In this document: in pieces, positions 51,029-61,686 of the stretch
Numbering within the stretch: position 1 is the stretch's first letter
Layout: every line of letters begins with the position of its first letter
From: Nitrospirales bacterium
GTDB taxonomy: Bacteria > Nitrospirota > Nitrospiria > Nitrospirales > UBA8639
Length of the DNA stretch: 64,000 nt
Assembly (NCBI GenBank): GCA_963422365.1
Contig: OY729426.1
Coordinates: 1,728,001 to 1,792,000, forward strand
Reading direction: 5' to 3'
The notes under the pieces: model-generated
Told to the model about the DNA's origin: nothing
The model's input: only the letters and a program-made list of their open reading frames with translations
The model's database searches: none
Made by a program: the position numbers and the translations under genes

Positions 51029-52054
51029 GTGTCACGTCTTCAGTTTTTTCGAGATTGCCATCGTATACAAGCGTCTAAGCGGCTGGTCCATTGTACTCTT
51101 GTCAGCATGGCGATCGCGCTTCTTTTGTTTCTCGCAGGTGAACCGCTTTTTGGTTTTTCCGATCACCCCACGACCATGAAACGTCGCCAACAAGGCATTC
51201 TTACCGGGATGCCGTTTATGGCCAATGTGGCTCCTCGGACGTTTGTCGATGAGACCGGGCGAAAAATTTATTTAGCCAAGACTCCGGAGCGCGTCGTTTC
51301 CCTTGCTCCGAATATCACGGAAATGTTGTTTGCCATTGGTGCAGGGGACTCAGTCGTCGGCGTGACGGAATTTTGCGATTATCCCCCCGAGGCACAGACC
51401 AAGATGCACGTGGGGGATTCCCGCCCCAATCTGGAAGCGATTCTTGCTTTAGAACCGGATCTCGTCCTGGGCATGGAAGTGGTTCGGGATGATGTGCTGG
51501 AGACGTTGCAACACCTGAAGATTCCGTTGTTCCTCATGGAAGCGAAATCGTTTGAGCATGTGTATGCCCATATACAAACATTAGGACGGATTTTTCATCG
51601 TGTCAAAGAAGCCGATGCCTTGGTGCATGCCATGCGCAGGGACATCCAAGCCATTGGTGATAGAACGAAGTCCTTACCCAAACCCCGTGTCTTGTATGTG
51701 GTGTATCACGAGCCGTTTCTTACCGCTGGGCCAGGCAGTTTTATTCATCACCTCCTCGATCTGGCGGGTGGAGACAACATTGCGAAGGATGCCGGAAATG
51801 CCTATCCACGCTTGAGCATGGAAGTCGTGCTGCAAAAGGACCCTGAGATACTGTTATTTCCTTCAATGGGAGGACAAGGTTCTCCTGAAACCGTTCTCGA
51901 ACAATGGACGCGCTGGACCACCATAACGGCAGTGAACACCAAGCGCCTTCATTTCGTCCCGTGGACGCTGACGAGCAGGCCGGGGCCAAGAATTGGTCAG
52001 GGTCTCGCAGCGTTAGCTAGAATCATTCATCCTGAAGTGTTTCAGGGGAACTGA
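51029..52054 (+). CDS. btuF: Cobalamin ABC transporter substrate-binding protein; start uncertain
   Basis: PERVVSLAPNITEMLFAIG, VGVTEFCDYPPEA, SRPGPR; riboswitch context. Confidence 0.88.
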   Translation: MSRLQFFRDCHRIQASKRLVHCTLVSMAIALLLFLAGEPLFGFSDHPTTMKRRQQGILTGMPFMANVAPRTFVDETGRKIYLAKTPERVVSLAPNITEMLFAIGAGDSVVGVTEFCDYPPEAQTKMHVGDSRPNLEAILALEPDLVLGMEVVRDDVLETLQHLKIPLFLMEAKSFEHVYAHIQTLGRIFHRVKEADALVHAMRRDIQAIGDRTKSLPKPRVLYVVYHEPFLTAGPGSFIHHLLDLAGGDNIAKDAGNAYPRLSMEVVLQKDPEILLFPSMGGQGSPETVLEQWTRWTTITAVNTKRLHFVPWTLTSRPGPRIGQGLAALARIIHPEVFQGN

Positions 52055-52056
52055 TC

Positions 52057-53184
52057 GTGGGCAACAGTCAATTGGGCATTCCGACATCCAATTTCGAGGC
52101 CTCTGGTTTTTCTGAGACCGGGAGGGCGGAAATCTCGCTTGCCTCCCTCTCGGCACGTCGCTGGTTCACCCATGTGACGGGTTTAGTCCTGTTGAGCCTG
52201 TTGGTTGGAGTTGGGTGTCTCACCTTTGGAGCGAAATCCCTTCCCGTAGGGGCCGTGTTCCGGATTCTGGGAACCGTGATTCAACCCGAGGGGGAGTCAC
52301 CAGAATCGGTTGGGGTGTCCAGTATCATCCTCTTACAGGTTCGCCTTCCGCGCATTGCGTTGGCATTTTTGGTTGGGGGATCATTGGCCGCCGTGGGTGT
52401 CGGGTTGCAGGCGCTGTTGCGGAATCCCCTGGCCGAGCCGTATGTCTTGGGTCTTTCCAGTGGTGCGGCGTTTGGCGCCACGCTTGGCATGCTTTTGGGT
52501 GTCGGCGGAACGATTATGGGGTTTTCGATTCTCCCTGTTTGGGCGTTTCTCGGAGGCCTTCTCTCCATTCTGGTCGTGTATCGAATCAGCGTGACGTATC
52601 GTACGTTATCCGTGCACACGCTGTTATTGGCCGGTGTCATACTGAATGCCCTGTTTTCAGCACTGATCATGTTTGCCGTGTCCATTGCCGATCCCACACG
52701 AGCATTCGAAATGATGATGTGGTTGATGGGAACATTGAGCGCTCCGGAATACTCGACGTTGCTGGGGCTGAGCTTGTTCCTGGGAATCGGAGGCGTTCTC
52801 TTGTTCTGGTTGGCTCGACCGCTCAACATTCTGACGATGGGAGAAGACACCGCTAGGGCCTTAGGGGTTGAGATTGAACGAGTCAAAAAACTTATCTTTG
52901 TGGTGGCGGCCTTAATGACCGGTGCCGTCGTGTCCATTGCCGGTCTGATTGGATTCGTCGGGATGGTCGTGCCCCATACGGTTCGAATGATCGTGGGAGC
53001 GGATCATCGCCTTCTTTTGCCGGCTTCCGCATTGGTGGGGGGCATGTTTCTCATGGTGGCGGATACCGTGGCCCGTACGGTGTTGTCCCCGACTGAACTG
53101 CCGGTTGGGGTGGTGACCGCGTTCATTGGGGGCCCCATTTTTCTTTATTTGTTGGTCAAACGTCGTGCTGGAGTCGCCTTGTGA
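52057..53184 (+). CDS. btuC: Cobalamin ABC transporter permease (FecCD family)
   Basis: VRLPR, LRNPLAEPYVLGLSSGA, GEDTARALG, IGFVGMVVPH. Confidence 0.9.
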   Translation: MGNSQLGIPTSNFEASGFSETGRAEISLASLSARRWFTHVTGLVLLSLLVGVGCLTFGAKSLPVGAVFRILGTVIQPEGESPESVGVSSIILLQVRLPRIALAFLVGGSLAAVGVGLQALLRNPLAEPYVLGLSSGAAFGATLGMLLGVGGTIMGFSILPVWAFLGGLLSILVVYRISVTYRTLSVHTLLLAGVILNALFSALIMFAVSIADPTRAFEMMMWLMGTLSAPEYSTLLGLSLFLGIGGVLLFWLARPLNILTMGEDTARALGVEIERVKKLIFVVAALMTGAVVSIAGLIGFVGMVVPHTVRMIVGADHRLLLPASALVGGMFLMVADTVARTVLSPTELPVGVVTAFIGGPIFLYLLVKRRAGVAL

Positions 53185-53999
53185 GAGAGACATCAGAGAA
53201 CCCCGTGGCGTTTCATGTTCGAGATCTGTCCTTTCGATACGATCCCTCTCCGGATCGCGGATTGACCCTCAGCAAGTTAGGGTGTTCGATCCAGGCTGGA
53301 ACCATTGTCGGAATCATTGGCCCCAATGGATCGGGAAAAACGTCGTTTCTTAAACTGTTGATGGGGCTTCTGCGCCCGGAGTCCGGCGACATTCATTTTT
53401 TTGGGAAAGACCTCAGGAGCTTGTCACCGGTCATCATTGCCCAACAAATGGCTTTTGTTCCGCAAGAGACCTCGCAAGTGTTTCCCTTCACCCTGGGGGA
53501 GGTGGTGCTCATGGGGCGGTTTCCCTTTCATCGCCCGTTTGATGGATGGGGATGGGATTCATCGGCAGACGTCCTTCGTGCGACCCAAGCCATGCACGCC
53601 ATGGAGATCGGATCGTTGGCCGGTCGTATGATGTCAGACGTGTCGGGCGGCGAACGACAGCGCGCCATGATTGCTCGCGCGTTGACGCAAGATGCCCACG
53701 TGCTCCTCTTGGATGAACCAACGGCATTTTTAGATCTTCATCATCAGCTTGATATCGCACGGAAGCTTCGACAACTGAATCAGGAGCGTCGGTTAACGGT
53801 GCTGATGGTATCGCATGATTTAAATCTTGCAAGTCAGTGTTGCGATCAATTGCTCTTGTTGCATCAAGGGGAAATTGTCAAGCGGGGGTCTCCTCGTGAC
53901 GTGATTCGGCCGGAGATTCTCGATCCTGTGTATCGTTGTCAGATCGTCGTGGATCAACATCCACGATCGCAGGCCCCGCGCGTGACGTTGCCCGTCTGA
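53181..53999 (+). CDS. btuD: Cobalamin ABC transporter ATPase
   Basis: GPNGSGKT, VSGGERQR, LLLDEPT, SHDLN. Confidence 0.9.
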   Translation: MRETSENPVAFHVRDLSFRYDPSPDRGLTLSKLGCSIQAGTIVGIIGPNGSGKTSFLKLLMGLLRPESGDIHFFGKDLRSLSPVIIAQQMAFVPQETSQVFPFTLGEVVLMGRFPFHRPFDGWGWDSSADVLRATQAMHAMEIGSLAGRMMSDVSGGERQRAMIARALTQDAHVLLLDEPTAFLDLHHQLDIARKLRQLNQERRLTVLMVSHDLNLASQCCDQLLLLHQGEIVKRGSPRDVIRPEILDPVYRCQIVVDQHPRSQAPRVTLPV

Positions 54000-54180
54000 G
54001 ATATTTTCTGTAGCGGTAGCATCTCGGGTCACGGCCCGGGACATGCCTCATGTTGCTTTCCTTCGCTCCTGGAGAGAGGTCTGTCCCGTGGATGCGGGGT
54101 GAAGGGTGATTGTCCCATCACCTGCTTGTTCAACCATTACTTGTTCAATCATTCACGAAAGGAACGGGATAGAAGAGTAA

Positions 54181-54365
54181 TTCGGCATGTGTCGGGGAAG
54201 ATGGTGCAAAGCCATCACGGTGCCGCCACTGTAAGCGGGGAATAACTCTGTAAAAATAGCCACTGGCCTGGAAAGATATGCGTGAACATTGTTTTTCGCT
54301 ACCACGCATAGGCCGGGAAGGCGCAGGGAAGTGACGATCCGCAAGTCAGGACACCCAACTGCCGT
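54181..54365 (+). ncRNA. Cobalamin riboswitch
   Basis: GGGGAAGATGGTGCAAAGCC, GCCGCCACTGT, GCCACTG, GGGAAGG, AGTCAGGACAC; upstream of a TonB-dependent receptor. Confidence 0.88.
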
Positions 54366-54407
54366 TGACTTCTCAATCCGCCCTTCGAGCCAAAGGGAGG
54401 TTGGTGT

Positions 54408-56564
54408 ATGTTTAGAATTTCTGGGTGTTTCTTGTGCTCCGCGCTTGTCCTTCTCGCTGCCTTCTCTCCAGCCTGTTTTGCCGACGCCGCACAATCTGAT
54501 TACGACACTGATGATCAAGACGTTCAGCAATTGGACGACTATGTCATCAGCGATACTCGTCTTCCCTCCCTGAAAGTCGATACGTATTCAGTTCCGGCTA
54601 AAATCACGGTCATTGCGGCCGAAGATATTCAAAAAATAGGTGCCAGAACGGTCCAAGAAGCGGTCCAATACGCGACTGGCATTGTCATGTACAACGAAGT
54701 GGGTAATGCGTTTGAACACCGCATCGATTTACGAGGGTTTAATTCGACTCCTGTTCCGTCGATCAGTGTCTTTCTTGATGGTATGCGGATCAATGAGCCG
54801 AATTTCAATACCATCAACTTTGATCTTATTCCGTTTGAAACAATTGAACGAATTGAGATCATTCCGGGACCTAACACGATTTTTGGGCAAAACACTTTAG
54901 GTGGAACCATCAATATCGTGACAAAAACTGCCTCTCGCAAGCATCAAGTTTCAGCGGAAGCGGCGCGTGGGAGTTTTGAGCATGAAAGGTTCAATGTAAA
55001 TGTGAGTGGTCCAGTTGGTGATTTCCAGTACTATCTTAATACCATACAGGAATCGGAGACCGGTTTTCGAGATGAAAGTGGTGGCCAGGTATTCCGGTTT
55101 TTTAGCAAGTTTGGATATCAGCCGTCGATGAATACTGACGTGAATTTGTCCTATACGTATGTCAAAGATCGACTCAGCCAGGCAGGGGCTAGCCCAATCA
55201 GGATTGCCGAAGTCGACCCTGAAGCCAATGTTTCTCCAGGCGACTTTTTTGACCGTGAAAATAACGTTGTTCGACTAAATGTCAAGCAAGAACTCTCTTC
55301 AGGGTTTGTTTTCTCAGGAAACGGGTTTTACCGTAATCTTCAGCAAGCCTCATTTCTTGTCAGCAACCCATTCTTTTTAGGAGGAACTTTCCCGAAAAGT
55401 ATTACTCTTGATGATACCGAAAGTTGGGGAGGGACTTTTCAGCTGTCACAAAATTTTTCTCCTTTTGGGCTCGAAAATGAAGCAGTGATAGGCGTCGAAG
55501 CCACGTGGAATGATTTTGAAAGCCAAGCGGCTTCAGCCTTTTCAGTGAGTTCTTCGGATTCGACGGAAGAAATCTTCGGTGTGTTTGCCCAAAACGCACT
55601 TCATGTTCTGCCTGAGCTGATTCTTTCAGGGGGGCTGCGTTTTAATCAGAGTGAAATCGATTTCAGCAAAAGTGAAATTTATCTCGTGACAAACACCGAG
55701 ACAATATTAAACGGCTCGAGAGCATTCGATCGAGTCACTCCCCGAGCAGGAGTGACCTATCTTGTGACGCCAACTACCAGTCTCTACTTCACCTATTCAC
55801 AAGGGTTCAGAATCCCGACCGTCCAGGAAATGTTTGCCAGTGCGTTCACGTCTAATCCTCATCTGAGACCTGTTCGCTCGAAGAATTTTGAAGTTGGCGG
55901 AAAAGCCCAAATTGGAGTATGGGGGGATGTGGCCCTTGCGTTCTATCAGTCGAATATCAAAGATGAAATTTTTCTCACATGTATCCTGTGCGATTTTTCT
56001 CCATTTGATGGGATAAACCGAAATCTCGAAAAAACGAGACGCCGTGGCATTGAAGCGACGGTACGAGTACGACCGGTTCAATTTTTTGACGGAACAATCA
56101 ATTATACGTTCACCGAAGCGCAATTCCGAAGCAGACAAAGGTTGGGATCGGGAGGGAGTGGAGTCAGGGTCGTGGATGTGGGAGATACTTTGCCGTTAGT
56201 TCCTAAAAATCGCTTGAGCATAGTTGGAAATTTTTACCCGGGCGAGGGAGTCACCGTTTCAATGATGGGCCTGTATGTCGGCACCCAGTTTTTACAAAAT
56301 GATGAGGGCAATAACCTGACACGATTGCCGGCGTATTTTGTGATCAATGGCAAAGCTTCTTACCAACATCAGATCCCGGGAGGAACCCTTAAAGCCTTTT
56401 TGCAAGTTAACAACCTGTTGGATTCTGAATATTCTACCAGGGGAATTTATGCGCCTGATAGGCTTCCTGGCGGCGATGGATCCACGGTCAGGTTTGTCGT
56501 CCCTACACCGGGGATTGCGGTGTTTGGGGGGATACGTTATCAATTTAGCGCCTTTCCAGGATAA
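54408..56564 (+). CDS. btuB: TonB-dependent receptor, probably for cobalamin
   Basis: Signal peptide, plug motifs (IDLRGF, IERIEIIPG, LGGTINIVTK), VNNLLD, aromatic C-terminal strand. Confidence 0.85.
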   Translation: MFRISGCFLCSALVLLAAFSPACFADAAQSDYDTDDQDVQQLDDYVISDTRLPSLKVDTYSVPAKITVIAAEDIQKIGARTVQEAVQYATGIVMYNEVGNAFEHRIDLRGFNSTPVPSISVFLDGMRINEPNFNTINFDLIPFETIERIEIIPGPNTIFGQNTLGGTINIVTKTASRKHQVSAEAARGSFEHERFNVNVSGPVGDFQYYLNTIQESETGFRDESGGQVFRFFSKFGYQPSMNTDVNLSYTYVKDRLSQAGASPIRIAEVDPEANVSPGDFFDRENNVVRLNVKQELSSGFVFSGNGFYRNLQQASFLVSNPFFLGGTFPKSITLDDTESWGGTFQLSQNFSPFGLENEAVIGVEATWNDFESQAASAFSVSSSDSTEEIFGVFAQNALHVLPELILSGGLRFNQSEIDFSKSEIYLVTNTETILNGSRAFDRVTPRAGVTYLVTPTTSLYFTYSQGFRIPTVQEMFASAFTSNPHLRPVRSKNFEVGGKAQIGVWGDVALAFYQSNIKDEIFLTCILCDFSPFDGINRNLEKTRRRGIEATVRVRPVQFFDGTINYTFTEAQFRSRQRLGSGGSGVRVVDVGDTLPLVPKNRLSIVGNFYPGEGVTVSMMGLYVGTQFLQNDEGNNLTRLPAYFVINGKASYQHQIPGGTLKAFLQVNNLLDSEYSTRGIYAPDRLPGGDGSTVRFVVPTPGIAVFGGIRYQFSAFPG

Positions 56565-56778
56565 AAGGCAGGAGAAAGAGTATTTTTTTATGAATTCACC
56601 ACGACTGGTCATTTGTCGAAACCCATCATGGGGTTGGTACGAGATGATCAGCCTGGGGAGTCAGCCTGAAGGAGGTTGTGAAACGATTGCCGTTCACGCA
56701 AAATAGCAATACCATCATGAAGACTGTCAGTGTGATGTTGGGGTGTGATAGGGCTGAAGAACCCTGTGAGGGTGAACA

Positions 56779-57372
56779 GTGAGGATCTCTAAAGTCTATA
56801 CAAAAACCGGTGACGGTGGAAAAACTCGGCTTGCGGGTGGCCAAGAGATCGAGAAAGATGCGATCCGAGTGGAGGCCTATGGAACGGTTGATGAGTTGAA
56901 TTCCCTTCTTGGGTTGGCTCGTGTGTTTAATAAGGAACAGGCAGGGCTTGGGGAGACTTCCATGCAATTGGAAGCGCATTTGAAGTGGATTCAGCATAAA
57001 TTATTTGATATTGGGGGACTACTGGCCACGGCTTTTGGCCAAAAATTCAAGAATATGCCTCAGGTGACCGCTCAGCACGTGGCACAGTTGGAATGTTGGA
57101 TTGATGGGTGTCAGGAAGATCTGTCGCCGTTAAAAGAGTTCATCCTGCCGGGAGGCGGAAAAGTCTCCGGATTTTTGCATCACGCCCGGACCGTGTGTCG
57201 GCGCGCCGAGCGTGTGTGCGTTCACTTATCTCATGAGGAATCCATGAATCCTCAGATTGTTCCATTTCTGAATCGTTTGAGTGATGCGTTGTTTGTCTTT
57301 GCCCGGTGGATAGCCCATCATCAAGGAGAGCCGGAATTTTTATGGGATCGAGCAGAATCAGAAGCGTCCTAG
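56779..57372 (+). CDS. pduO: PduO-type ATP:cob(I)alamin adenosyltransferase
   Basis: KVYTKTGDGG, YGTVDELNS, FILPGG, ARTVCRRAER, LNRLSD. Confidence 0.93.
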   Translation: MRISKVYTKTGDGGKTRLAGGQEIEKDAIRVEAYGTVDELNSLLGLARVFNKEQAGLGETSMQLEAHLKWIQHKLFDIGGLLATAFGQKFKNMPQVTAQHVAQLECWIDGCQEDLSPLKEFILPGGGKVSGFLHHARTVCRRAERVCVHLSHEESMNPQIVPFLNRLSDALFVFARWIAHHQGEPEFLWDRAESEAS

Positions 57373-57827
57373 GTCTTGGGGTGTTAGTGCTTCTTCTCGT
57401 CGTGGGTTTTGTGTTTTCCCGACCGAAGGGGGGAACTCCCGATATTCCGGATGATCCTCAGGCTTACGAAGCGCTGGAATTGGTTCGTTTCCATCCTGCT
57501 CGAAATTCGCCAACGTTAGAAGATGCGATCAATACGTACGTCGACGAGTTGAAAGCTCAGGGAACTCCCCTCCATAAAGGTGAATGGCAGGTCGGAAAAG
57601 AACGCTCCGGCGTCTATGCGGTCAGAATGCTGGTTCGTGAGAAAGGGTTTAATGAATGGATTGAACGAGAGTTTGCCTGGCGGGTCACGTTAAAGGATCA
57701 AACTGTCCGAGTGATTTCTCTGGCTGCCATTCACTTTATGCCGTTTCATGAGTTGCCGCCGTTGCCGCATCAAGACCAAATATCAGGGAAACTCATGGAG
57801 CCTCCGGTGGAAAAGCAACTTGGATGA
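57342..57827 (+). CDS. Membrane-anchored hypothetical protein
   Basis: N-terminal transmembrane helix. Confidence 0.7.
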   Translation: MGSSRIRSVLGLGVLVLLLVVGFVFSRPKGGTPDIPDDPQAYEALELVRFHPARNSPTLEDAINTYVDELKAQGTPLHKGEWQVGKERSGVYAVRMLVREKGFNEWIEREFAWRVTLKDQTVRVISLAAIHFMPFHELPPLPHQDQISGKLMEPPVEKQLG

Positions 57828-58119
57828 CGCCATTTTTCACACGAGTCCGGTAGCAGGTCACGGCCCAGGCTGGCGTAGGATTTTTCAGGTATTGTCCCGT
57901 GCGTACATTAAATTTCCAGCCGTGCCACGGGCACTGTACGATTTCCCCTTCCAGCGTCCCGTCGCCGAGCGGGCCTCCTGCATGAGGACACGTATTATTC
58001 AGCGCCAGAATTTCTCCATCGACATTAAATAATGCCACACCGGGAGCGCTCTCGACTTCAACCGATAAGCAGGTTCCGGGTTCCAGACCTTCGAGTTTTG
58101 CAACGGGGATATATTTCAT
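57793..58119 (-). CDS. Rieske [2Fe-2S] ferredoxin
   Basis: CPHAGGPL, CPWHGWKF. Confidence 0.92.
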   Translation of the reverse strand: MKYIPVAKLEGLEPGTCLSVEVESAPGVALFNVDGEILALNNTCPHAGGPLGDGTLEGEIVQCPWHGWKFNVRTGQYLKNPTPAWAVTCYRTRVKNGVIQVAFPPEAP

Positions 58120-58243
58120 AACGGTCAATTTTTATGGAAAGGTCCGAACCTTACCAAGGCATTCGTTCCGTCGCAAGTCATGAATTGGGAGCTGTTATTG
58201 ATTCAGTCCCGTTCCTGATGCTATACAAACAGCCCAACTCGTG

Positions 58244-58783
58244 ATGCAGTCGATGACGCTCTTGTTAAACTCTACATATGAGCCCCTGCGGGTCGTGCAA
58301 TGGCAGAAGGCCATTACCCTTCTTTGTCAGGGGAAGGTCGAGGTCCTTGAATTCTATGATCGGGACATTCGAGGGGTCACGATTAGTTTTAAACTTCCTT
58401 CGGTGATGCGGCTTCTGAAAGTCGTCAAGTTGAAGTCCAATCATCGGTCGGTCAAGTTTTCCCGGATTAATATTTTTACTCGCGATAAATATACGTGCCA
58501 GTACTGTTGCAAACGGTTTCGCACTGAAGAACTCACGTTTGACCACGTGGTACCCATTGCGAAAGGCGGAATGAAAACCTGGGGAAATATTGTGACGGCG
58601 TGTTGGCGTTGTAATAATAAAAAGAGCGGAAGAACCCCGGAAGAAGCGAATATGTCCTTGAAGAAAAAGCCACAAAAGCCACGATGGAATCCTACCCTCA
58701 CCATCATGATCGGCATTCGGAATGCTCCGGAGAGTTGGCGTGATTATCTCTACTGGCACATGGAATTGGACTCTGATGAGTAA
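58244..58783 (+). CDS. HNH endonuclease (McrA-like)
   Basis: LLLNSTYEPL, RDKYTCQYC, TFDHVVP, WGNIVTACWRCNNKK. Confidence 0.92.
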   Translation: MQSMTLLLNSTYEPLRVVQWQKAITLLCQGKVEVLEFYDRDIRGVTISFKLPSVMRLLKVVKLKSNHRSVKFSRINIFTRDKYTCQYCCKRFRTEELTFDHVVPIAKGGMKTWGNIVTACWRCNNKKSGRTPEEANMSLKKKPQKPRWNPTLTIMIGIRNAPESWRDYLYWHMELDSDE

Positions 58784-58815
58784 CGGGGCTCAGGGGGTAA
58801 GAGAGAGTTGGCATA

Positions 58816-59448
58816 ATGAATAATTCTGGTTTTCAAATTTCTTTGGATCTGCAAGGCCGGTTCTGTGTGGTGATTGGTGGTGAGGATGAAGCGGCACACA
58901 AGACCTCACAGTTGTTGCACGTTGGAGCCAAGGTCGTCGTGGTGAATCCCACCTTGAATACGCCTCTTCGGAAGCTCGCGGCCGCTGGAAAAGTTCTTCA
59001 TCGGGGACGACGTTTTCGATCGACTGACACACAGGGGGCCTTTGTTGTCCTCAATACCCTCCCGGATGATACGGATCTGGCACAGTCGTTACGTGATTTA
59101 TCGGAGGCAGAGCGGTTTCTGGTGTGGTCGATTGATCAGCCTGAGTTGTCGAATTTTATGATGCCCGCTGTGGTCCAACAAGGGGCTCTTCGTGTGGCGA
59201 TTAGTACAAGTGGTGCTTCTCCTGCACTCGCCAGCACCTTGCGGCGGAACGGCGAAGAAATATTTGATGAAGAATTTGGAAAGTTTTTGGATTGGCTGGG
59301 AGCATTGCGCCAAGACGTCCAAGCCGATGAGCCGAGTATGGAAAAAAGGAAAGAACGATTGAAAGCGGCAGTCGAAGGGTTCCAATTGACCGGCAAAGTT
59401 GAATATCCCCCGGCATGGATCGCTCACAAAGAGTCTTCTGCTTCATAA
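58816..59448 (+). CDS. Precorrin-2 dehydrogenase (SirC / CysG N-terminal-like)
   Basis: LQGRFCVVIGG, FMMPAVV, VAISTSGASPALA. Confidence 0.85.
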   Translation: MNNSGFQISLDLQGRFCVVIGGEDEAAHKTSQLLHVGAKVVVVNPTLNTPLRKLAAAGKVLHRGRRFRSTDTQGAFVVLNTLPDDTDLAQSLRDLSEAERFLVWSIDQPELSNFMMPAVVQQGALRVAISTSGASPALASTLRRNGEEIFDEEFGKFLDWLGALRQDVQADEPSMEKRKERLKAAVEGFQLTGKVEYPPAWIAHKESSAS

Positions 59449-59470
59449 TGTTCTGAAGGATGGTGTGGAT

Positions 59471-59779
59471 ATGGTCTTATTAGAATTCAGTATGTCTCCT
59501 TTGGGAAAAGGCGAAAGCGTGGGGAAATATGTATCCCGGTCTTTAAAGATTATTGACAACAGCGGAGTCGATTATCGACTGAATCCGATGGGCACGGTGC
59601 TTGAAGGAGAATGGGATGAGGTGCTTGATGTGGTTCGTCAATGCTATGAGCGGATGCAGAAGGATTGTGCCCGCATATCCTGTACGATGAAAGTTGATTA
59701 TCGGAAAGGACACAAGGGACGCTTAAGCGGGAAAGTCGCCAGCGTGGAAAAACGGCTTAAGAAGAAATTGAAGACATGA
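59471..59779 (+). CDS. MTH1187 family thiamine-binding protein
   Basis: EFSMSPLGKGESVGKYV, YRLNPMGTVLEGEWDE. Confidence 0.9.
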   Translation: MVLLEFSMSPLGKGESVGKYVSRSLKIIDNSGVDYRLNPMGTVLEGEWDEVLDVVRQCYERMQKDCARISCTMKVDYRKGHKGRLSGKVASVEKRLKKKLKT

Positions 59780-59911
59780 ATGGTCGAGACGCTCGCGTCT
59801 CTCGGTATTTGTAGTGCCGGCATCCCTGCTCGGAGGCAGGGACATGCCTCATGCGGCCAGACGAAGGCGGGATGAGCCTGCCCTCGACACCCTGAGGGGG
59901 GTCTCCGCGCC

Positions 59912-61099
59912 CTACGAAGAGATCTCATCACGAATTTCCGTCAGAGGTTCATACACGCGATTCACTTTTGTCCCGAGATTGCAGAGGACTTCATAGGGAA
60001 TTGAGTCCTGCCAATTAGCCAGATCGTAGGCTGTGATTTCCTGAGTCTCCGATTTGCCCATCAAAATCACGTCGTCACCCGGTTTGATCGTGGGGCCATC
60101 GGTCACATCGACGACCGTCATATCCATACAGATTCGTCCAACAATTGGGAAGCGTTGATCATGAATGATGACCTCTCCTTTGTTCGAGAGCCTGCGATTG
60201 TACCCGTGGGCATAGCCGATGGGCAGCACGGCTAACCGAGAATCCCGCCGCGTGCGATAGACGTCACCGTAACTCACGGATTCTCCTTTTCTAGCCGTTT
60301 TCAGGTGCACGATTTTGGTGGTCAGGGTCATGACCGGTTGAAGGGAAACTGGCGTGGTTCTGTCGGGTGTCGGGGTGTACCCGTATAACAACAGTCCAGG
60401 GCGAACCATGTCCAATTGCGAATGAGGATGCCAGAGTAGCCCTGCGGTATTGGCCGCATGACGGTAGAGACGAGGTCTATCGATGGTATGCAGACTCGAA
60501 ACGGCTTCGAGAAATTGGTCAAGTTGGTGAAGGGTAAACGTCTGGTCCGGGTTATCGGCATCGGCGAGATGAGTCATGAGCCCCTGACAAAAAAAGGTGT
60601 GAGGAAACAAGGGAGACTGCAAGAGTGGGAGCACCTCCTTGGGGTTGAATCCTAATCGTCTCATTCCTGTATCCACTTTGATATGGACAGGGTAGGGGCA
60701 CATCTCTTGTGAAACTTCTTGACTCAGGGCATGGACAATGTCGGTATCGGAGAGAGTCGGAATCAGGTTGGAATGAACCAGATCTTTGACTTGCCAGGGG
60801 AAGATGCCTCCCATCACAAGAATGTCTTCGAGGATTCCAGCTTCCCGTAGGACAAGGCCTTCTTGGACTGTGGCCACTCCGAGACGCCGAATGCCAAGTT
60901 GCGATAAGGCTTCAGCCATGGCTCTGCCCCCATGGCCATAGCCATCAGCTTTGATCACCGCTACAATTTCAGTTTGTGGTGCGAGAATGCGACGAAGTTC
61001 ACGGAGATTATGGGCTATAGCGGGAAGACGAATGGTGGCAAGCGTTGGAGACAGCTCAGAAGAAGTGGTCAAGGAGGCTGGAGAAGAGGGGGAGAACAC
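59912..61099 (-). CDS. alr: Alanine racemase
   Basis: AVIKADGYGHG, HIKVDTGMRRLG, GRICMD, IPYEVL. Confidence 0.96.
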   Translation of the reverse strand: MFSPSSPASLTTSSELSPTLATIRLPAIAHNLRELRRILAPQTEIVAVIKADGYGHGGRAMAEALSQLGIRRLGVATVQEGLVLREAGILEDILVMGGIFPWQVKDLVHSNLIPTLSDTDIVHALSQEVSQEMCPYPVHIKVDTGMRRLGFNPKEVLPLLQSPLFPHTFFCQGLMTHLADADNPDQTFTLHQLDQFLEAVSSLHTIDRPRLYRHAANTAGLLWHPHSQLDMVRPGLLLYGYTPTPDRTTPVSLQPVMTLTTKIVHLKTARKGESVSYGDVYRTRRDSRLAVLPIGYAHGYNRRLSNKGEVIIHDQRFPIVGRICMDMTVVDVTDGPTIKPGDDVILMGKSETQEITAYDLANWQDSIPYEVLCNLGTKVNRVYEPLTEIRDEISS

Positions 61100-61109
61100 G
61101 AGCAGGACC

Positions 61110-61670
61110 TTAAATCTCTAAGATTTCTTCCTCCTTTTTCTTTAAAAGTTCATCGACGAGTTGAATCTTCCCATCCACGACTTTTTGAATGTCAGCTTCG
61201 CCGCGTCGTAAGTCGTCTTCGGCAATCGTTGAGTCTTTTTGGAGGTGTTTGAGTTCATCATTGCCCTCTCGACGAATGCCTCGAATATGGATTTTCGTAT
61301 CTTCCCCATATTTCCGACACACTTTCACGAATTCCTTCCGACGTTCCTCGCTTAAGGCAGGAATCGGAATCCGAAGCACCTTCCCATCATTAGACGGATT
61401 TAAGCCGAGATCCGAGGAAAGAATGGCTTTTTCAATGTCTTTCATGCTTGAGGGGTCCCACGGCTGGATCATGATTAATCGGCTATCCGGCATCGAGAGG
61501 TTCCCCACTTGTTTTAAAGAGGTTGGTGTCCCATAGGAATCGACTTTAATCTGATCGAGGAGTGACAAGGATGCCCGACTGCCTCTGATCGAAGCGAGTT
61601 GTTTTTGGAGGTGCTTGATGGCCCCTGCCATCTTTTGTGTCAGCTTTGCGACTGTTGCCTGATATGACAT
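61110..61670 (-). CDS. frr: Ribosome recycling factor
   Basis: IQPWD, IEKAI..SDLGLNPSNDG, LSEERRKE. Confidence 0.97.
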   Translation of the reverse strand: MSYQATVAKLTQKMAGAIKHLQKQLASIRGSRASLSLLDQIKVDSYGTPTSLKQVGNLSMPDSRLIMIQPWDPSSMKDIEKAILSSDLGLNPSNDGKVLRIPIPALSEERRKEFVKVCRKYGEDTKIHIRGIRREGNDELKHLQKDSTIAEDDLRRGEADIQKVVDGKIQLVDELLKKKEEEILEI

Positions 61671-61686
61671 ACGTGCTGAACCTTGG

